Source: a virus (taxonomy: Duplodnaviria > Caudoviricetes). Taken from it: 64,000 nt of DNA. Positions 10,704 to 18,620 of this stretch are shown one piece after another; the first letter of the stretch is position 1, and every line of letters begins with the position of its first letter. Both the position numbers and the translations under genes were made by a program. The notes under the pieces are model-generated. The model saw nothing but the letters and a program-made list of their open reading frames with translations. It did no database searches and had not been told where the DNA came from. The stretch is from the IMG/VR virus record IMGVR_UViG_3300034101_003180, positions 748 through 64,747 of that record, one strand, 5' to 3'.

Positions 10704-12761
10704 ATGGCCAGCATTAAACTTAAAAGAGGAACGGGAGTTCCAAGTGGACTCACCTTTGGCGAACCCGCATTTGATATTACAAATAGCAGACTTTATATCG
10801 GTGTAACTGGTGGCAGTGCTCTCGTAGGTGTTGCTGGTGGTGGTGTTCACTCATTCAATGGATTAACTGGTGCTGTTACTGGCGTGACAACGGGAACTTC
10901 GAATATATTTGTTCCTATTCAACATTTTACTAATGGATTAACCAGTTCCGGAAACATTTCACTTAGAAAAGAAACAAATACAGCAACACAATTAAGTTTA
11001 TATGCTGGTGCTACTGGTTCAGTTTCATATAGTGAAGTATCTGTTGGCGCGGCTCCGGGTTATGGTATTGGACTAAAATCACTTGCAGAGGCATACACAA
11101 CAAATTCTACTTATCCATCAGAAATTGCAAATTCTAATGTTTTATATGCAAATGGAGCACAAGGTCTCAGAATTCATTCGTATAATGCAAATATGCAATT
11201 TTGGACCGGAAATACCGGATCCCTTAAAGCAACATTGACAACAGGTGGAGATTTCATACTTAGTAACGGTGGTATAAGTGCTACTGGTGGTACATTTTCT
11301 GGACAATTAAGTGCTCAAAACTTTAGAGCACTGACTATTGGTGGAGATGAGGGTGGTCAGATTGATTTTGGTTTACCTACAACAAATACCAGTTTAACTG
11401 GTGGTGTTTCAATCGATGTATTTCAAAATAGAGTTCGTATTTTTGAAAGTGGTGGAACAAATCGTGGTGTATTTATTGATTTAACAGGTGTAAGTGCCAG
11501 TGCAGGAACAAATCTTGTTGGTGGTGGAGGTGGTGGTGGAGCAGTTTCATCTGTTTCAGGATCTGGAAATGGTATTTCAGTATCACCAACTACAGGTGCT
11601 GTAGTAATCCAAAACACTGGTGTACATTCATTTAATGGCCTTACTGGTGCAGTAACTGGTGTTACAACAGGAGTTGCAAACACATTTGGTCCTTTGCAAA
11701 CATTTACTAGTGGGGTATCTGGTTCTACTGCTTATTTTGATCAAATAATTATTCCAAGACAATCAACAGATTCACGCATAAAAAGAATCTCTGTTGGTTT
11801 TTATGGATCTATTTCGGAAACTGCCGGTGGTGCTGCGTATATACAAGGAAATGCAATCGCTGCATCAGTTACTTCTAACAATGAAGTTGTAAAAACCAGC
11901 AGCAATTCCGATCCAGCAAACTTTATTCGTATGCGTTATGACCAAGGTGTTTCTGTCCATACAGGAATAACTGGAAACGTAGGAACAACTTTTGCAGACA
12001 ACGTATATCAAAGATTGAGAATAGACAACAATGGAGATATGATAATTGGAACTGGAAGTCCTAGTTCTGCATACAAGGTTGACATAGTTGGAGCCATGCG
12101 TGCCAGCCAATTAATTACAGCATCTTCTGGAATTTCTGCTTCTGGAGGAACATTCAGTGGAACACAAACATTCGTAAATGGTGCAACCTTCTCGGGAAGA
12201 GCAAGCTTTACAGCAGGAATCTGTGCTTCTGGAGGAACATTCAGTGGAACACAAACATTCGTAAATGGTGCAACCTTCTCGGGAAGAGCAAGCTTTACAG
12301 CAGGAATCTGTGCTTCTGGTGGTGTAACTCTAAGTGGTCAGTTGACAGGAGTAAGTGCCTCCTTCAGTGGATTAATAATTTCCACAGCAGGATTCTCAGG
12401 TACAGGAATCACACTTAGCGGAAATCTAAGTGCTGCAACCAAGTCCTTCTTGATCCCCCACCCATCAAAACCAGAAAAGAAACTACAATACGCTTGCTTG
12501 GAAGGACCAGAAAATGGTGTATATGTCCGTGGAAGACTTACAGGAACAAATGTAATTGATCTTCCAGATTATTGGGTTAATTTAGTACATGAAGATTCTC
12601 TGACAGTTCAATTGACATCCTTTGGTGAATACAAGAATTACTTTGTAAAATCAATTCAAGGAAACAAAGTAACTATTGGACCAAGAAGCAAAGATACAGA
12701 TTGCTTCTACCTTGTTCAAGGTGAGCGTAAGGATGTCCCAAGACTAAAAGTGGAGTATTGA
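10704..12761 (+). CDS. Tail fibre with C-terminal chaperone-like domain
   Basis: MASIKLKRGT N-terminus; KSFLIPHP...LEGPENGVYVRG...LPDYW...ERKD C-terminus. Confidence 0.8.
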   Translation: MASIKLKRGTGVPSGLTFGEPAFDITNSRLYIGVTGGSALVGVAGGGVHSFNGLTGAVTGVTTGTSNIFVPIQHFTNGLTSSGNISLRKETNTATQLSLYAGATGSVSYSEVSVGAAPGYGIGLKSLAEAYTTNSTYPSEIANSNVLYANGAQGLRIHSYNANMQFWTGNTGSLKATLTTGGDFILSNGGISATGGTFSGQLSAQNFRALTIGGDEGGQIDFGLPTTNTSLTGGVSIDVFQNRVRIFESGGTNRGVFIDLTGVSASAGTNLVGGGGGGGAVSSVSGSGNGISVSPTTGAVVIQNTGVHSFNGLTGAVTGVTTGVANTFGPLQTFTSGVSGSTAYFDQIIIPRQSTDSRIKRISVGFYGSISETAGGAAYIQGNAIAASVTSNNEVVKTSSNSDPANFIRMRYDQGVSVHTGITGNVGTTFADNVYQRLRIDNNGDMIIGTGSPSSAYKVDIVGAMRASQLITASSGISASGGTFSGTQTFVNGATFSGRASFTAGICASGGTFSGTQTFVNGATFSGRASFTAGICASGGVTLSGQLTGVSASFSGLIISTAGFSGTGITLSGNLSAATKSFLIPHPSKPEKKLQYACLEGPENGVYVRGRLTGTNVIDLPDYWVNLVHEDSLTVQLTSFGEYKNYFVKSIQGNKVTIGPRSKDTDCFYLVQGERKDVPRLKVEY
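12137..12310 (+). repeat. Exact 87-bp tandem duplication (29 aa)
   Basis: 12137-12223 identical to 12224-12310. Confidence 0.9.
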
Positions 12762-12762
12762 C

Positions 12763-13443
12763 ATGGCAGTTCAATATAATCCCGGAATAGTTACAGATGG
12801 TTTACTTCTTCATATAGATGCGGGAAATCCCAAATGTTATCCAGGATCAGGTGTGACTTTATCAAATATAGTTTCAACAACTCAAGCAACAAACACATCT
12901 GGTGCAACATTTGATTCAGGAAATTTTAGAACATTGAGTTATGACGGAATAGATGATTTAACAAATTTACCTATATCATCGATTCCATCGGGAACACAAG
13001 TAACTGTTTGTGTTTGGCAAAATATATCAAATGTTAGTTCAAGATCTACTTTTTGGATGGCTGCGGGAGGAAATAGAACAATTCAAGCACACGTTCCTTG
13101 GAGCGATAACAATGTTTATTGGGATTGTGGGGATAGTGGTTCTAGTTTTGATAGAATAAATAAAGCAACAACAGCAGCGGAACGAACTGGATGGCATTAT
13201 TGGGTATTTACAAAAAATTCTTCAACACAAAATATGTTTATTTATTTAGATGGAGTTCAATGGCATTCCGGTTCAGCAAAAACATTCAACATGTCTGTTG
13301 CTACATCAGGGACTTTGGGTGGTCTTGCTGGCAATTTCCTTTTTTCTGGAAGAATTGGATTGTTTTCAATGTATAACATTGAATTAAATGCAGTACAAAT
13401 TTTACAAAATTTTAATGCAACTAGAAGAAGGTTCGACATCTGA
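12763..13443 (+). CDS. LamG/concanavalin A-like lectin protein
   Basis: IVTDGLLLHIDAGN..CYPGSG, YDGIDD, IYLDG, YN..L...I.QNFNA.R.RF. Confidence 0.85.
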   Translation: MAVQYNPGIVTDGLLLHIDAGNPKCYPGSGVTLSNIVSTTQATNTSGATFDSGNFRTLSYDGIDDLTNLPISSIPSGTQVTVCVWQNISNVSSRSTFWMAAGGNRTIQAHVPWSDNNVYWDCGDSGSSFDRINKATTAAERTGWHYWVFTKNSSTQNMFIYLDGVQWHSGSAKTFNMSVATSGTLGGLAGNFLFSGRIGLFSMYNIELNAVQILQNFNATRRRFDI

Positions 13444-14276
13444 TGGCACTTTCTCACTCACCACAAATAGTTCTTGATGGTCTAGTTCTATACATAGACC
13501 AATTCAACCCAAAATCATATCCCGGTTCTGGTGTTACTCTTTATGATTTGAGTGGAAACAATCGGCATTACACTCTTTTCAATGGCGGAACATTTGTTCA
13601 AGATCCAATATTCAATTATACTTCTTTTGCCTCATCAAGAGGATATGCGCCGGGTTATCGCCAATCAAGCGGAATATGGGTGGATGGTATCGATGATTAT
13701 ATTGGTTCTACTTTTTATTCGGCAATATCCGGATTGACGCAAATTACCGTAGAATTGTGTTTTGGTGTTAGAGCGTATCAAACAAATAGACAATTAATTT
13801 CTACAATGGGAAATGCAACAAATCTTGATGGATTTTCACTTAGAAGTGGTGGCCTTGCTTCAACCGATCCAATAGAAATTGAAATTAGAAAAGGATCAAC
13901 AGTAAGAACCTTTGATTTTAATCCAAATCCATCAGGAAGAAGAGAACCAATGTATACAGAAACCTCCGAATTATCCATGTATGGTTTTAATTCAGTTACT
14001 GCAAGAATGTGGGGTGCAGGTGGAACTGTTTTTGCAGATATTTCTGTAAATGGATCAACTTTGACCAACACTCAAAGTGCCGCTTTAAGTGGAATTACAT
14101 CAATTAACCCTCTTTGGTTTGCAAAAAATCCAGTAGGAACAACTTCTGGTGCGCAAATGTTTGGAAGTAATGACAATGCAGCTACATTTGCATATCTTCG
14201 GGTTTATAACAAGCTTTTGAGTGAAGCTGAGATTAAACAAAATTACGCCGCAATGCGAGGAAGGTATAAGACATAA
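13443..14276 (+). CDS. LamG/concanavalin A-like lectin protein
   Basis: IVLDGLVLYID...SYPGSG, DGIDDY, RVYNKLLSEAEIKQNY. Confidence 0.8.
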   Translation: MALSHSPQIVLDGLVLYIDQFNPKSYPGSGVTLYDLSGNNRHYTLFNGGTFVQDPIFNYTSFASSRGYAPGYRQSSGIWVDGIDDYIGSTFYSAISGLTQITVELCFGVRAYQTNRQLISTMGNATNLDGFSLRSGGLASTDPIEIEIRKGSTVRTFDFNPNPSGRREPMYTETSELSMYGFNSVTARMWGAGGTVFADISVNGSTLTNTQSAALSGITSINPLWFAKNPVGTTSGAQMFGSNDNAATFAYLRVYNKLLSEAEIKQNYAAMRGRYKT

Positions 14277-15016
14277 TGGCAGTATATGCAGGACCACCAA
14301 CATCAACAAATGGATTAATTTATTCTATTGACCCGGGAAACAGCCGAAGTTATAATATAAATGGTAGTGCCACTAGTTTTAATAATTCCGTTCCCGGTTT
14401 GTCTGGTAATGGAAATTTGAGAGTTGGTGCTAGTATCGGAAGAAGATATGGTGGTTCTATTTCTTTAGATGGTCTAAATGACTATGTAACTCTTCCACTC
14501 ATGGCAAATTGGTGTCCACAAAATATAAATGGTTATTCGTCAATATCATTTGAATTCTGGGTTAATTTGGAAGATTCTGGTGAAGCTTTCTTTTTAAGCA
14601 GATATTATAATAGCGGAACTGGAAATAAATCAATAAGTTTGACAAAAAATGGAACTATAGCAGTTATTGCTAAGACATTTTATAGCTCAACAATTACAAC
14701 AAATTGGTCTTTTACAAATGGACAATGGAATCATGTTGTATTAACAATTTCACCTACACAAGTAATAGCATATAAAAATGCAACTCAATCCTTTTCTGCA
14801 AATCATGGGGTTACCGCTGCATATGATGGCGCATTTGACACCATGAATGCTGAAGGGATAGGAATAGGTTGTGGAGTTTTATATAATTACGCACCATATA
14901 CAGAAGTTTCTGCATTACAAGGTTACGTAGGATTAATTAATGTTTATAATAAAATTTTAACTCCCGAAGACATTTCAATCAATTATCAAAGTATGCGAGG
15001 AAGATACAATGTTTGA
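14276..15016 (+). CDS. LamG/concanavalin A-like lectin protein
   Basis: GLIYSIDPGN, LDGLNDY, WNHVV, VYNKILT...NY..MRGRY. Confidence 0.8.
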   Translation: MAVYAGPPTSTNGLIYSIDPGNSRSYNINGSATSFNNSVPGLSGNGNLRVGASIGRRYGGSISLDGLNDYVTLPLMANWCPQNINGYSSISFEFWVNLEDSGEAFFLSRYYNSGTGNKSISLTKNGTIAVIAKTFYSSTITTNWSFTNGQWNHVVLTISPTQVIAYKNATQSFSANHGVTAAYDGAFDTMNAEGIGIGCGVLYNYAPYTEVSALQGYVGLINVYNKILTPEDISINYQSMRGRYNV

Positions 15017-15260
15017 AAACCGTAGATATGTAATTTTTAATGTTTCAGAACTTCCATTAGTTGATTTTTCTAAAGTTTTAGAAGAATCTTCCGAAAGAAT
15101 GATAAGATCATTAGATTTGACAAAAACAATTGTAAAATGGGAAGGTGAAACTCCAGATTTTGTCAATAATTTAACTACTAAAGAAGGTATATATACACTT
15201 GAAGAAATTTGGCAAATTTTAAAAGGCCCGGAGTGGACTAATCCAAATCAAATGCCCTAA
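15009..15260 (+). CDS. Small protein of the type found beside phage LamG genes
   Basis: VDFSKVLE.S....RSLD.TK.IVKWEG..P; overlaps upstream gene end. Confidence 0.65.
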   Translation: MFENRRYVIFNVSELPLVDFSKVLEESSERMIRSLDLTKTIVKWEGETPDFVNNLTTKEGIYTLEEIWQILKGPEWTNPNQMP

Positions 15261-15273
15261 ATATAGGTGAAGC

Positions 15274-16398
15274 ATGGCAGACTCAGATAAGAACATAATC
15301 ATTACACCTTTTCGTGGGGCCACTAGCCAACCAAACATTGCTCTTACGGGGCAAGGAAATGATCCCATTTATATTAGAGTTCTTGACGGAACTACAGGAA
15401 CAGGTCTAACAGCTGGTGGGGCTTTGTCCTTTGAAGGTTCTGCTGGTCAGTTATTCAGTGTTGTCAATCGTTTGGGGACTGGAAGTATCTTTAGCGTCAA
15501 TGATATTTCTGGTATTCCGAGCATTGATGTGGATGCAAACGGGACAATAGAATTTGCTCCATTTACTGGATATGTGGCTATTGGCCTTACTCTACCAACA
15601 GAAAAATTAGATATATCTGGAAGTTTAAGAGTTAGAAATTTAGCCAAATTTGATTCCGGAATTTCTGCAAGCAATGGAATGACCCTTACAGGGACTTTGA
15701 ATTTGAATGGTACTACTTATAGTACAAATATTGCCAGAACAAATGCAAGCAATATTTTTACAGCAACTCAATTTATTTCTGGTTTAGATGCAACATTAAT
15801 TGTGACAGACACTTCTAGTTCTGACAGCATATCATTAGATCCTGCTAACAACAAAATTAATTTTTTAGATGATAATAGTGGATTCAATATAACTTTATAT
15901 GCAGATGGTTTTGCAGATCAGATAATAACTTTTCCTGATACATCAACACGACTTGCTGGTGTTGCAAGCACTCAAACATTCACTGGAACAAATACATTTA
16001 GTTCATCTGCAAACTTTAGCGCAGGAATAAGTGCATCTGGTGGTGTAACCTTCAATTCAACAATAATCTCAAATGGCTACAGATACAGTTCTTCAATTTT
16101 TGACAGCAGAACATCTGGATTCACTTTGTTGGCAGCAGATGCTGGAAAAACATTCTTGATTGGAGCCTGTGCTGCCACAACAAATATTTACTGCCCAACT
16201 GGATTGCCTGTTGGTTTCCAATGTGATGTTATTCGTAGAGCAGCAGCGAGCCAAAGAATAAGAATATTTGAATCTGGTACTACAATAGAAAGTAAATCCG
16301 GACCTAATCCAGAGCTTTCAACTTCTGCCAGCGGTGGAGAAAAAGCAACAATAATGCAAATTGCAACAAATGTTTATGTAGTTTCTGGCGATATTTGA
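15274..16398 (+). CDS. Tail fibre-related structural protein
   Basis: MADSDKNIIITP, LSFEGSAGQLFS, IFSVNDISGIPS, C-terminal VVSGDI. Confidence 0.7.
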   Translation: MADSDKNIIITPFRGATSQPNIALTGQGNDPIYIRVLDGTTGTGLTAGGALSFEGSAGQLFSVVNRLGTGSIFSVNDISGIPSIDVDANGTIEFAPFTGYVAIGLTLPTEKLDISGSLRVRNLAKFDSGISASNGMTLTGTLNLNGTTYSTNIARTNASNIFTATQFISGLDATLIVTDTSSSDSISLDPANNKINFLDDNSGFNITLYADGFADQIITFPDTSTRLAGVASTQTFTGTNTFSSSANFSAGISASGGVTFNSTIISNGYRYSSSIFDSRTSGFTLLAADAGKTFLIGACAATTNIYCPTGLPVGFQCDVIRRAAASQRIRIFESGTTIESKSGPNPELSTSASGGEKATIMQIATNVYVVSGDI

Positions 16399-16401
16399 TG
16401 C

Positions 16402-16429
16402 TTGACAATGTAATTTATTCAAGTATATT
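16402..16429 (+). promoter_or_regulatory. sigma70-like early promoter, leaderless
   Basis: TTGACA-16-TATATT, ATG 5 nt later. Confidence 0.75.
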
Positions 16430-16434
16430 TCAGT

Positions 16435-16950
16435 ATGCTCAAAGTATATAAAGTAGAACCAGACGCTCAGATTCCAAATTATCAAACCCGTAAAGCTGCC
16501 TGCTTTGATTTGGCAGCGTATATTCCAGCCAATTCAAAGGTCACTGTTTGGTCTGGAAGGTTTTCTAAAGAAATTCCCACCGAACATGATGGGGAGAATG
16601 GAAAGACATATACTACCATATGCCCAAATGAACGGGTTATGATCCGCACTGGTTTGATCTTTGATATCCCTGAAGGATACACTCTTCGTCTTCACCCTAG
16701 ATCTGGGATGGCTTTAAAGTATGGTCTAATCCTTGCTAACTGTGAAGGTGTAATTGATGAGGATTATGTTAATGAAACTCAACTCATCATTCTTAATACA
16801 TCAGATGAAATGATGAAGATTTATCATGGTGACAGACTTGCACAAGGCGAACTAATTCGGTATGAGCAAGCCGATATTGTCGAAACTTGGGAGAAGCCTA
16901 CTCAGAAATCAAACCGTGTCGGTGGGTTTGGTAGCACTGGTAGATTCTGA
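16435..16950 (+). CDS. dut: Trimeric dUTPase
   Basis: ACFDL, PRSG, GVIDEDY, GDRLAQ, RVGGFGSTG. Confidence 0.95.
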   Translation: MLKVYKVEPDAQIPNYQTRKAACFDLAAYIPANSKVTVWSGRFSKEIPTEHDGENGKTYTTICPNERVMIRTGLIFDIPEGYTLRLHPRSGMALKYGLILANCEGVIDEDYVNETQLIILNTSDEMMKIYHGDRLAQGELIRYEQADIVETWEKPTQKSNRVGGFGSTGRF

Positions 16951-17175
16951 TTTTTTCTTTGGCCATTTAACAGATTTAAATTCTTTCCAAACAAGCCAAA
17001 GTGTGAATACACAAATTATAACATACCAAAAAGTCCATTCAGAAGCCTGACTTGGACTTCCAAAGAATGGTTCTTTAAGCACGCTATGAATTGGATTTCC
17101 TTTTTTATCCAAGGGAGAAATAATTTCTGGTGTTGTGCAACCAACAAGAAGAAGTAATGCTAAAAGGTATTTCAT
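16909..17175 (-). CDS. Lipoprotein with C-terminal TM helix (candidate spanin)
   Basis: MKYLLALLLLVG-C lipobox; WTFWYVIICVFTLWLVW TM. Confidence 0.55.
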   Translation of the reverse strand: MKYLLALLLLVGCTTPEIISPLDKKGNPIHSVLKEPFFGSPSQASEWTFWYVIICVFTLWLVWKEFKSVKWPKKKSESTSATKPTDTV

Positions 17176-17606
17176 GACTTATTTCCTCCTGCGGCTGTAC
17201 CAAAATAAAATCCAACTACCGCCAATAGAACTTGTCTATTTTCTTCTGCAAACAAGTACCCTGGAATTTCTACAAAATATTTCTTAGTTGTTTCGGGAAT
17301 TAGTCCAAAGAAACTTGAAGGTTGTTCTTGTGTAAATTCAGCAAAGGTTGATATCCCAAAGAATGGGAGAACAAAGGGTGCCGCAACTACTGCAAATAAG
17401 CAGGCTAGTACAATAAGTTGTCTTACACCTTTACCAACATCAATTGGCACTCTCTGAACAGCCTTATCTTGATTATCTGTAGTTTGTTTATTGGCTCCCA
17501 TTGCCATCTCAAACATTTCCTTGCGATCTTGGGCTTGTTGAGCCCAATAGCGGAACAGGAATCCTGTGACACCTCCACCCAATAATGATATCAATTCTGT
17601 TGGCAT
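17172..17606 (-). CDS. Multi-TM membrane protein, holin-like
   Basis: Hydrophobic segments; VVGFYFG resembles the 3TM-holin C-terminus. Confidence 0.55.
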   Translation of the reverse strand: MPTELISLLGGGVTGFLFRYWAQQAQDRKEMFEMAMGANKQTTDNQDKAVQRVPIDVGKGVRQLIVLACLFAVVAAPFVLPFFGISTFAEFTQEQPSSFFGLIPETTKKYFVEIPGYLFAEENRQVLLAVVGFYFGTAAGGNKS

Positions 17607-17613
17607 AAATTCC

Positions 17614-18222
17614 TCAATTCTTTTGTTGTGAAAGTTGCATTTCTATTGAATCACGAATATGTTCAAAATTTTTCATGGCCTCTTCTTGTGCTTCACTTGG
17701 TATTTCAAAATCGTGATGCCATTGAAGCAAGATAAAACCTACGTTTGCACCCTTATTCTTTAATGGTAAACATGCATATTGGGAGACATTCTCATCTTCA
17801 AAAAACCCTTTTACATAACTGTGGGGAAGCAAATTAGTGTGATGAATTGTATTTTTATTTTCAATAACTTTAGTCAATAAGGGAATATACATCGAACAGA
17901 GATTTCCCTTGAGTTTCATTACCTGTGATGTATATCCCTTGTATGTCGATTCGTGAGTTACCGAGAATTTACGCATGGAAATTCCATCCATTGTATACTC
18001 ACCATTATGGAACTGAATTATGCTGGCTCTCATTGCCTTTGCGACAATTCTAAGTTCTGTAAGAAGTTCATGAATTTCTGTATGTATTTCAATAAAGTTG
18101 TCATCATTTTTTTTTGTTTTCCAAAATTTTATGATTCCCCAAATTACTCCGAGGGTTCCTGCGACTATTAATGTGGTGGCTTCAAGGAATTTTGTGGGGT
18201 CTATTAGGGAAATGAGGTACAT
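17614..18222 (-). CDS. Single-TM protein with GAF-like domain (T4 holin T-like architecture)
   Basis: N-terminal TM, then IIQFHNG...KFSVTHE...ACLPL....VGFILL. Confidence 0.55.
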   Translation of the reverse strand: MYLISLIDPTKFLEATTLIVAGTLGVIWGIIKFWKTKKNDDNFIEIHTEIHELLTELRIVAKAMRASIIQFHNGEYTMDGISMRKFSVTHESTYKGYTSQVMKLKGNLCSMYIPLLTKVIENKNTIHHTNLLPHSYVKGFFEDENVSQYACLPLKNKGANVGFILLQWHHDFEIPSEAQEEAMKNFEHIRDSIEMQLSQQKN

Positions 18223-18261
18223 CTTAATGAAACTCCGATGGGGACTTTAATATTTATATTC

Positions 18262-18289
18262 TTGACAGTCCACAAAGAAGTGTTATATT
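18262..18289 (+). promoter_or_regulatory. sigma70-like early promoter, leaderless; back-to-back with - strand late box at 18251-18258
   Basis: TTGACA-16-TATATT, ATG 7 nt later. Confidence 0.75.
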
Positions 18290-18296
18290 TACAGTT

Positions 18297-18620
18297 ATGA
18301 AAAGAGAAGACCTATTTAAACTCCATGAAGAAATTTGCACTGGTGCCAAGGAATTGATGAAGAAAAAGAATGCAGACTACGCATGTAGTGAAGATCCTTT
18401 CATGAATTTTCGTAGAGCTGAATTTTTAGGATTTAGCACGGCTGAAATGGGCGTGCTGATTCGAATGACAGATAAGATGTCCAGAATATCTACCTTTCTC
18501 AACCGAGGCCAACTCTCTCTTGAAAATGAGAGTGTTTATGACGCAATTGTTGACATGATCAACTACAGTGTCATACTTGCTGGTCTCCTGAAGGATAGAG
18601 AAACCAACAAAGCAAAATGA
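18297..18620 (+). CDS. DUF1599-like all-alpha nucleotide-modification/NTP pyrophosphohydrolase protein
   Basis: KKNADY..DPF.NF, IRMTDK.SR, ES..D...D..NY. Confidence 0.75.
   Translation: MKREDLFKLHEEICTGAKELMKKKNADYACSEDPFMNFRRAEFLGFSTAEMGVLIRMTDKMSRISTFLNRGQLSLENESVYDAIVDMINYSVILAGLLKDRETNKAK

Noticed and set aside
12137-12310. Possible DGR template/variable repeat pair in a tail fibre
   Set aside because: Copies are adjacent and identical, with no adenine-specific differences and no reverse transcriptase in the window
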